The notes under the pieces: generated by a model
What the model was told of the DNA's origin: nothing
Seen by the model: only the letters and a program-made list of their open reading frames with translations
Database searches by the model: none
Program-made: the position numbers and the translations under genes
Shown here: in pieces, positions 1 through 7,929 of the stretch
How the letters are laid out: each line of letters starts with the position of its first letter
Position numbering within the stretch: the first letter of the stretch is position 1
Origin: Octopus sinensis
Lineage: Eukaryota
DNA length: 26,033 bases
NCBI RefSeq assembly: GCF_006345805.1
Contig: NW_021836800.1
Span: forward strand, 1 to 26,033
Direction: 5' to 3'

Positions 1-30
1 TGCTCTAACCACTAGGCCATGTGCCTCCAC
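1..30 (-). mobile_element. 5' end of tRNA-derived SINE (family C), cut by window edge
   Basis: Minus strand reads GTGGAGGCACATGGCCTAGTGGTTAGAGCA, nearly identical to the heads at 13640 and 14560; contains A-box TGGCCTAGTGG. Confidence 0.75.
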
Positions 31-159
31 TGATGTCAACATTATCTTTCTCGGATAGACAGATTAAGTACTAGCCCATATAGATGGATTAATGGAATAT
101 GTCTGGCGAGGGACGCGAAGTTTCTCTTCTGAATTCTAACCCTACCGCTACCTTCAAGG

Positions 160-530
160 TTGATACATAAAGTGCCAAATCAAGATTGCTTCAAGATTAC
201 CTAACCGAAAAGAAAAATTACATCGGGATGTGTGAAGGCGATTTCAAAAAGCGTTATGGAGACCACCTATCTGCTTTTCCGCACAGACAAAAAGTAAAGC
301 CTCTAAGTTGGCTAGCCACTTAGAGGGTTTGAAGACCAACTGCACACTACACACAAACCACATATCTGCTTTCCAGTAAAGACAAAAGTAAAGTCACTAA
401 GATAACAAGCCACGTATCGGGTTTGAAGACCAACAGCACATTACATACAATGAAGTGGAAAGCTGTGGAGAAACCCAAACCACATGATAATGGATCTAAG
501 AAATGCAACTTATGCATAGCAGAAAGATAT
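160..530 (+). mobile_element. Penelope-like element GIY-YIG endonuclease remnant (frameshifted, internal duplication)
   Basis: Translates as KKIYIGMCEGDFKKRYGDHLSAF (YIG at 219-227), then KITSHVSGLKTNSTLHTMKWKAVEKPKPHDNGSKKCNLCIAERYYI. This matches the PLE pattern YIG..F..R...H..F / KW.I.....Y.NGSK.CNLC..EKY.I. It runs into (TA)n. Confidence 0.8.
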
Positions 531-538
531 TATATATA

Positions 539-595
<57 letters not shown>

Positions 596-630
596 CTATA
601 TATATTATATATGTATATATATATATATAA
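528..630. repeat. (TA)n microsatellite
   Basis: Direct inspection. Confidence 0.95.
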
Positions 631-840
631 CACTGAATGTTGCGTCTATTATTATTACGAAGGGCGTAACTATTATAAATCGTTTGAAACCTTTTATCGT
701 CGCCTTACTTGCAAGGAATAACGGGCCAAGAACTCTTACACCAGAACCCAATACTGGATGTTCAAGAACCAAAATAAAGGTCAGACTTTGTATCCCGGGA
801 TCATCTTGATTTCCCACAAGTTATAATGGGTTTACATATA

Positions 841-1228
841 GTCGCAGGAGTGGCTGTGCTGTTGCGGGTTCAGTTCCATTGCGTGGTACCGTGGGCAAGT
901 GCCTTCTACTATAACCTCGGGTCGACCAAAGCCTTGTGAGTGGATTTGGTAGACGGAAACTGAAAGGAGCCCGTCGTATATATATGCGTGTATGTGTGTG
1001 TTTGTGTGTATTTGTGTGTCTGTGTTTATCCCCCCAAATTCGCTTAACGACCAATGGTGGTGTGTTTACGTCCCCGTAACCTAGCGGTTCGGAAAAGAGA
1101 CCGATAGAATAAGCACTAAGCTCACAAAGAATAAGTCCTGGGTTGATTTGTTCGACTAAAGACGGTGCTCCGGCATGGCCATAGTCAAATGACTGAAACG
1201 AATAAAAGAATAGAAAAAACAAAAGACT
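841..1228 (+). mobile_element. tRNA-derived SINE family A (CORE-SINE-like), head partly deleted
   Basis: Collinear with copies at 1265-1677, 2591-2998 and 21963-22425: CCGTGGGCAAGTG CORE-like segment, internal (TA)(TG) tract, tail GACTGAAAC-AATAAAAGA. About 30 nt are missing after GTGGCTGTG. Confidence 0.85.
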
Positions 1229-1264
1229 ATATATACGCACATGCATATATATATATATATATAT

Positions 1265-1677
1265 ACTCTTTTTACTCTTTACTCTTTTACATGTTTCAGT
1301 CATTTGACTGCGGCCATGCTGGAGCACCGCCTTTAGTCGGGCAAATCGACCCCGGGACTTATTCTTTGTAAGCTCAGTACTTATTCTATCGGTTTCTTTT
1401 TGCCGAAAGGCTAAGTGACGGGGACGTAAACACACCAGCATCGGTTGTCAAGCAATGCTAGGGGTACGAACACAGACACACAAACACATACACATACATA
1501 CATATACATATATACGACAGGCTTCTTTCAGTTTCCGTCTACCAAATCCACTCACAAGGCATTGGTCGGCCCGGGGCTATATCAGAAGACACTTGCCCAA
1601 GATGCCACGCAGTGGGACTGAACCTGGAACCATGTGGTTGGTTAGCAAGCTACATACCACACAGCCACTCCTGCGCC
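1265..1677 (-). mobile_element. Full-length SINE family A
   Basis: Minus strand GGCGCAGGAGTGGCTGTGTGGTA..GGTTCAGTCCCACTGCGTGGCATCTTGGGCAAGTG.. ending in AAAAGAGT repeats; A/B box-like head. Confidence 0.9.
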
Positions 1678-1784
1678 TATACATATTATATATATATAAT
1701 ATATATATAATACATACATACATACATACATACATACAAACAAACATACATACATACATATATACATACGTACATACATACATA

Positions 1785-1825
<41 letters not shown>

Positions 1826-1833
1826 TGTATATA

Positions 1834-1864
<31 letters not shown>

Positions 1865-1868
1865 GATA

Positions 1869-1899
<31 letters not shown>

Positions 1900-1912
1900 A
1901 TAATATATATAT
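1678..1912. repeat. (TA)n/(CATA)n compound microsatellite
   Basis: Direct inspection. Confidence 0.9.
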
Positions 1913-1930
1913 GCATTATACGTGTGTGGG

Positions 1931-2560
1931 CCAAAGCTGGCAGTCTATAGCGCAGTGGTCATCCCCTCTCTGCTCTACGGCTGTGGGACGTGGACGCTGA
2001 ATAGGAGGCAAATGCGAGAACTTGACCAGTTCCACCTCCGCTGCTTGCGACGAATCATGGGGATTTCCTGAGAGGACAGAGTCTCCAACACTGAGGTGCT
2101 TCACAGAGCTGAAATGCCCGGGATCGGAGCCCTCATCATGAAGGCCCAGCTCTAGTGGGTCGGACATGTAGTCCGAATGGACGACGCGCGTCTACTAAAG
2201 ATGATCTTTTTCTCTGAGCTGGCTTCTGGAGCAAGAAACCTTGGAAGGCCACTGAGGTGATACCAGGACAGCCTGAAGACTTCCCTAGTGGCCTGCAACA
2301 TTTCAGACCGTGGCTGGGAATCGCTTGCCTCTGACAGCGGTGCCTGGCGTCCAGCTGTCCAAAAGGGTGTTAGGTTGTTCGAGGAAAAGCGCCTTAAGTG
2401 CCGGGACCAGAAGCAACAAGCCCGAAAGGAGAGGATCTCCAACCATACTTCTGCTGCTCCGTGCCCAACATGTGGCCTCGTCTGCGCATCTGCCTTTGGG
2501 TTACGCTCCCTCCTCCGGTGTCACTGACATCATTGTCGAACCCAGACAGACTTCCATTAT
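1931..2560 (+). mobile_element. 5'-truncated RTE-clade LINE 3' end (post-RT region and C-terminal zinc finger), 3 in-frame stops
   Basis: One frame from 1931: KLAVYSAVVIPSLLYGCGTWTL..LDQFHLRCLRRIMGIS*EDRVSNTEVL..KAQL*WVGHVVRMDD..GRPLR*YQDSLK..CPTCGLVCASAFGLRSLLRCH*. Stops at 2069, 2153, 2258; terminal stop ends at 2527. Confidence 0.92.
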
Positions 2561-2590
2561 AAATATATATATATGTGTATATATATATAT

Positions 2591-2998
2591 ACTCTTTTAT
2601 CTTTTACTTGTTTCAGTCATTTGACTGCGACCATGCTGGAGCACCGCCTTTAATTGAGTAACTCGACCCCGGAACTTATTCTTTTGTAAGCCCAGTACTT
2701 ATTCTATCGGTCTCTTTTGCCGAACCGCTAAGTGACGGGGACGTAAACACACCAGCATCGGTTGTCAAACAATGCTAGGGGGACAAACAGACACACAAGC
2801 ATACACACACACACATATATAAATATACATATATACGACGGGCTTCTTTCAGTTTCCATCTACCAAATCCACTCACAAGGCATTGGTCGGCCCGTGGCCA
2901 TAGCAGAAGACACATGCCCACTGTGCCACGCATTGGGACTGAACCCGGAACCATGTTGTTGGTTAGCAAGTTACTTACCACACAGCCACTCCTGCGCC
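2591..2998 (-). mobile_element. Full-length SINE family A
   Basis: Collinear and highly similar to 1265-1677. Confidence 0.9.
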
Positions 2999-3409
2999 TA
3001 TATATATATATATATACCAGCACACATGATATATATATGCATATATATTCGTATTTTTTGTGCATGCACACAGACGCACACACATACATGCATATACGCA
3101 TATACACATGATTTGAGAAAATCATTGATTTTTTTTTATATTCGAATAAATAGCGAAAGCTAAGTACAATAAACAGAAACGGAAGTGAAACAACAGATGG
3201 ACATTCACTTTACACATGTCTATATAGATGTATGAGTTCGTGTTGTTGGATTCATATTTCAATCGTATTTCTCAAACGGAACATAAGTAATTTGTAGACA
3301 TAGAAATATAGACATAAATATGGGTGTACACCCACGCAGAGTATTGAATAATTAACACATCCATACATTCAGGCAGAAAGATATTCCGATATATACATAA
3401 ACACTTTGT

Positions 3410-3491
3410 CACATACACACACACACACACAGAGACACACACACATGCATAGAAACATACACACACTCATGTATTGATATAGTTATATATA

Positions 3492-3527
<36 letters not shown>

Positions 3528-3690
3528 TTTATATTTATATATAGATATAGCTCATATATATATGTATATATATATATATATATACATATAGATACACGTA
3601 TATATTATATATATATATAATACATACAAACACACACACACGCACATATATGTATACACACACACACGCACGCACACACACTCACACCTT
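3410..3690. repeat. Compound (CA)n/(TA)n/(TATG)n microsatellites
   Basis: Direct inspection. Confidence 0.85.
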
Positions 3691-4270
3691 TCTCTCTTCA
3701 ATAATGAAATCAATTCCAAATGGTCAATACTAATGTTTCTGCAATATATTCATATTTTCTTTGCTTTTATTCCATTTATTTTACTAACATTTTTTTGTTA
3801 CCCTTTTATTTGTTTTCTTCATTGTTTTTCTTTGCTTTAGGAACCATATTTTTCGTATTTGTTTTTAGGCGGAGATGAGGTGGATAGACGTTAATCAATT
3901 ATTTTTTGACCGATATTTCCTACATGGCGAGGGTGACTGAACACTACCGTTCCATCTTTCCTCTTCAGAAGTGAACTAATCATATGTGTCTCTGTGTTGT
4001 TGATGTTGCTGTTGTTGTTATTCTTGTTGATCAAATATCAGTCTGCAGTAGTGGAATTGTGTAGTTCTGGGGTTCCATTATTTAGACGTTCCGTTTTTAT
4101 TTTGTTTTTCCGTTATTTCTCTCTATATATATTTCTAGTTCTACATTTCTCATTTAAATAAAAATACAGATACACCCACATACGCTTACACATTCACATA
4201 CAAATGCACATACACTCACACAGGCACCTACATGCATGCACATTCACAGGCTGATACATTCACACCCATA

Positions 4271-4670
4271 TATTCATACATGTTATTTGTAGTCAGAAGT
4301 GTGTACTGTTTTACTCTATTAAGCATTTGTTACATTTTCGAGCACACACACACACACACATACTTGCACATATCTGCGTAAGCATGTACAGTATATGTAT
4401 GCAAACGTATCTGCTTGCGCTTCTGTGAGTGTGTATGTATATATATACATGCATGTGTATATATTCATACATGTTATTTATAGTCAGAAGTGTATACTGT
4501 TTTACTCTAATAAGCATTTGTTACATTTTCGAGCACACACACACACACACACAACACACACACACACACATATTTGCACATATCTGCATATGTACAGTAT
4601 ATGTATGCAAACGTCTCTGCATGCACTTCCGTGAGTGTGTATGTATATACATACATGCATGTGTATATAT
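4271..4670 (+). repeat. Tandem duplication, period ~191 bp, two copies
   Basis: TATTCATACATGTTATTT(G/A)TAGTCAGAAGTGT..CATTTTCGAGCACACAC.. starts at 4271 and again at 4462. Confidence 0.9.
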
Positions 4671-4756
4671 CTAAATGATATACACAAACATACAGATAGG
4701 TGCGTTTCTATAATGTTTGAATCTAACATGCATGCGCGCACACACACACATACGCA

Positions 4757-4791
<35 letters not shown>

Positions 4792-5387
4792 ACATACATT
4801 CACATAACTTTTCCTCGTTTCAATCATATATTATTTTATGAAATATAGTTTTTGTTTTACACCTTTTTCGTAGTTTTTACCATATCATCTTTTTACAGAT
4901 TATTTCATTTTTCATATATTTTCTCTTGGTTTTTTCCTCTTCCTTGTACATCTATTTACTTATCGGTTATTGTTAATGCTTATGTTTTACATATATCAAT
5001 ATTTTATGTACTCTTACGTAAGTGTTTATTTTATAGATAAATGTTTATCTAGTACACATTTCTTCAAATTTATACAAATTTTCTACTTCAAAATATTTAT
5101 CTATTATTAATTACTGACGCATTACCTCAAAATATGCAACGAAAAACACTAAAGATATTAATATTCCGCTCCTTGCTACCGAATCTCAGAAGTACTATTA
5201 ATATCTTATGTGTTATGAGAAAGAGTAAAGTCTATTTGCCAATATAAATTGGCAGTCCTGATTAGGACGATGTTACTACCTTTTCTTAGCCCCAAGAAAA
5301 CATCTTTTCCAGCAGGTTACCGACGCACAGATGCGTTCTTAAACCTCAAACAAGGGAGCGAATGTCCCAACTCGGCCTTAATTTGTA

Positions 5388-5432
5388 CCTGCGGATCATG
5401 GTTTCTGCGTTATTTCACTTCATCAGCACAGG
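5388..5432 (-). ncRNA. Type I hammerhead ribozyme motif (unit A)
   Basis: Minus strand: CCTGTG-CTGATGA-A-GTG-AAATAA-CGC-A-GAAA-CCATGA-TC-CGCAGG. Intact CUGAUGA and GAAA core, 6-bp stem I, 3-bp stem II, AUC cleavage triplet. Confidence 0.7.
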
Positions 5433-5601
5433 ATAGTCGTTGGCTAGAGATGGTAGCACTAGGTCTTGCTCGAAGTATTTACTTTTAAAGTGACACACAG
5501 TCACTGATCTCGTAAAGAAGAAAACAATTAGTTTTAAATCTCAATTCAAAAATATATACCTCGAGTAAGGCCTAGTACTGCCATCTCAAGCCAACGGTTA
5601 T

Positions 5602-5633
5602 CCTGTGCCGATGAAGGGAAATAGCCCAGAAAC
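5602..5633 (+). ncRNA. Inactivated hammerhead motif (unit B)
   Basis: CCTGTG-CCGATGA-A-GGG-AAATAG-CCC-A-GAAAC. U4 is changed to C, and 16 nt covering the cleavage site and 3' stem I strand are deleted. Confidence 0.6.
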
Positions 5634-5930
5634 AGTTTAAGGCTGAGTGGCGATATTAGTTTCCTTGTTCGAGGTATAAGAACGCAATTGTGCGCCGTTA
5701 GGCAGCTGGAATGGATGATTTCCTGGGAATAAAAAAGGTAGTAACATCGTACTAATCAAGACTGCCAGTTCCCCTTGGCAAATAGGCTTTACTCAGTAGT
5801 ACTGTTAGTACTTCTCGCTCAGAGATTTAAAACTAATTGTTTTCCTCTTTACGAGATTATTGACTGTGTGTCACTTAACAAGCATATACCTCAAGCAAGG
5901 CCTAGTGCTGCCATCCCAGCCAACGGTTAT

Positions 5931-5975
5931 CATGTGCTGATGAAGTGAAGTAACCAAGAAACCATGGTCCGCAGG
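5931..5975 (+). ncRNA. Type I hammerhead ribozyme motif (unit C)
   Basis: CATGTG-CTGATGA-AGTGAAGTAACCAA-GAAA-CCATGG-TC-CGCAGG. Core intact, palindromic stem III ACCATGGT, GUC triplet (predicted cut after 5969); stem II degraded. Confidence 0.65.
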
Positions 5976-6197
5976 TACAGTTTAAGTCTGAGTGGGGACA
6001 TTAGCTCCCTTGTTCAAAGGTGTTTTCCTGGGGCTAAAAAAGGGTAGTAACATCGTCCTAATCAGGACCTAGTGCTAATCAGGACTGTCCTAATCAGGAC
6101 CTAGGCAAATAGACTTAACGTCTGTAGTACTGTTATTACTTACTTCTCGCTCAGAGATTTAGAAGCTAAACGTTTTTCTCTTTATTATGAGAAACAT

Positions 6198-6640
6198 CTA
6201 TTATTATTATGCAAAGTGTTTCCTCTGTAGTTTCAAGCGTGTTTCTACCGCACTATCTGATGCACCTTTGTGTTCCTGGGATGTGTGCTGCTTGGTGTTA
6301 CTTTTGTGGAGATTGAAATTCAGACTCCTCTTCTTGTTGCACTGCACCATTTTGCTTTATTGTGCGTATTACGTTCTTCTTTCTTGTTATACTGGTAAAC
6401 ATTCCACTGCATGTGGTGTGTGGACGATGAGTTATTTCATTGGGCCCTAATCTTGGATAGTATATTTGAATGAGTTGTGCTGTTTTAGGTTGTTAAATAC
6501 TTGTTGTATAGGACATGTCATGTGTGAAGATTGTTTTATTTGAGCTGAACTATTCTATTGAATAGACAGACTGCAAGAGGTATTTTGGGGACAGTGTATA
6601 GTATCCTGGGCCCTGTAAAGCTTGAATGTTTCTTTTCTTA
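6198..6640 (-). mobile_element. Possible highly degraded R4/Dong-like LINE 3' end
   Basis: Minus strand ends in a short (TAA)n. The part near 6560-6635 (NIQ..YLLQSVYSIE*) and the UTR-like part loosely resemble R4-clade 3' ends as I remember them; no clean motif. Confidence 0.35.
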
Positions 6641-6709
6641 TTTTTTAAATTATGCCTAATGCGACAATTAATTTTGATGTCATTTTCATCTACATGCCCC
6701 ACATCTTGA

Positions 6710-6783
<74 letters not shown>
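6710..6783. repeat. (TAT)n / (TAA)n microsatellite, 3' tail or target of the adjacent R4-like element
   Basis: Direct inspection. Confidence 0.95.
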
Positions 6784-6784
<1 letters not shown>

Positions 6785-7075
6785 TACAGTCAATCTGCAT
6801 GTTTGTTACAATCACTCGCAGAGACACACTCAGCGTCCTAGGGCGAGTGAAGGATAAGAGACGATACACTACAACTGTATGTACCAATCTCAAAATCGTA
6901 GCTGTCCCCAGCTACGCAGTTTTTCGGGCTTGCTCTGCTCTCATGTCAATTCCGATTTCGCTGACGTATTTCTTGAACTTGGTTGTTAGCGCTCCGGATG
7001 TCACCTATAACTACTGGAATGACACACACCTTCCTCATAGTCCACATTTTTGCAATTTCGTCTTTTAGTAGTCTG

Positions 7076-7078
<3 letters not shown>
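6784..7078 (-). mobile_element. 5'-truncated R4/Dong-like (RLE-type) non-LTR retrotransposon 3' end
   Basis: Minus strand: RLLKDEIAKMWTMRKVCVIPVVIG/(frameshift)SGALTTKFKKYVSEIGIDMRAEQARKTA*LGTATILRLV. This matches the R4-clade C-terminus (LK.EI..LW...VIPVVIGALG...QK.ALLGTA.ILR). Flanked on both sides by (TAA)n. Confidence 0.8.

Positions 7079-7126
<48 letters not shown>
7079..7126. repeat. (TAT)n microsatellite
   Basis: Direct inspection. Confidence 0.95.
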
Positions 7127-7128
<2 letters not shown>

Positions 7129-7358
7129 GGCAGTGACCTGGTAGAATCGTTAGCACGCTGGGCGAAAATGCTTAGCGGCAGTTTTATCCGTCCTTACGTT
7201 CTGAGTTCAAATTCCACCAAGGTTGACTTTGCATTTCCTTCTTTAAGGGTCGATAAGATAAGTACCAGTTGAACACTGGGGTCTATGCAATCAACTCCTC
7301 TCCTCATCCAAAATTGCTGCCCTTGTGGCAAAATTTGAAACAATTATTATTATTATTA

Positions 7359-7394
<36 letters not shown>
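7127..7394 (+). mobile_element. tRNA-derived SINE family B with (ATT)n tail
   Basis: AAGGCAGTGACCTGGTAGAATCGTTAGCAC head, B-box GAGTTCAAATTCC, core GACTTTGCATTTCCTTCTTTAAGGGTCGATAAGATAAGTACCAG; homologous to 7395 and 23342-23573. Confidence 0.85.
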
Positions 7395-7516
7395 GGTGGC
7401 AAGCTGGCAAAATCGTTAGTACTCCGGGCAAAACTCTTTAGCGGCATTTCTTCCGTCCTTACGTTCTGAGTTCAAATTCCGCCGAAATCGACTTTGTCTT
7501 TCATCCTTTCAAAGTC
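7395..7516 (+). mobile_element. 3'-truncated SINE family B
   Basis: Head and B-box present; homology stops abruptly at CATCCTTTCAAAGTC, where the RT fragment begins. Confidence 0.85.
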
Positions 7517-7925
7517 CCATTATGAAATAATCTAAATATCAATACAAATTCGCCCGGATCACCAAGTCTGCCTAATAATTTCCAAAAGGTGGCTCTATTC
7601 ACAGAACTGAAGGCTTTGAATAAATCAGTGAAAATCTGGTCACGATCCATATTCTGCAAATAACACATCTGTGTCTGTCTTACTGTGAGAATTTTATCCA
7701 TAGTTTCTCTACCAGAATGGAAGCCAAGAAGTCCATATGTAAAATCATCTATATTCGTTGAAAGAACAGTGCTTAGGGTCGTAGTCAATTTGTCTACTTG
7801 GGCAGAACAATCGGCCGTCCTTCATCCTTGGACTATAAAATATCTTTAAGATTACAAAAGCAACCGATTCCTTCAGAGCTCTTGAATCTCGTGTCTGGTC
7901 CCAATATAATATAAAACGGACAAAA
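7510..7925 (-). mobile_element. RTE-clade reverse transcriptase N-terminal fragment (degenerate)
   Basis: ORF 7501-7788: GFHSGRETMDKILTVRQTQ..QNMDRDQIFTDLFKAFSSVNRATFWKLLGRLGDP..RLFHNG, matching RTE GFR.GR.T.DMIF..RQLQEKC.EQN...FIDL.KAFD.V.R..LW..L. Confidence 0.85.
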
Positions 7926-7929
7926 GTTG

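Larger units (their letters stand above)
5224..6180. repeat. ~345-bp structured tandem repeat (unit A inverted 5224-5542; units B ~5553-5821, C 5822-6153, partial D on +), retrozyme-like
   Basis: The reverse complement of 5224-5542 aligns end to end with 5822-6115 and 5553-5792. ATATACC recurs at 5554 and 5884, GAGATTT at 5822 and 6154. Each unit has a hammerhead motif. Confidence 0.9.

Noticed and set aside
423-809. 128-aa ORF as a gene
   Set aside because: Chimera of a Penelope remnant, (TA)n and unrelated sequence.
640-830. Degenerate RT motif on minus (SGVRVLGPLFL)
   Set aside because: Only a short resemblance to SGVPQGSVLGPLLF; no neighbouring motifs recoverable.
6040-6115. Twister ribozyme in the repeat unit (UAACAUC..UGCC)
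   Set aside because: Lacks the L4 CCCAAGC and GAGG pseudoknot partners.
5224-6180. CRISPR-like or bacterial repeat interpretation
   Set aside because: Eukaryotic context; long diverged tandem units without unique spacers or cas genes.
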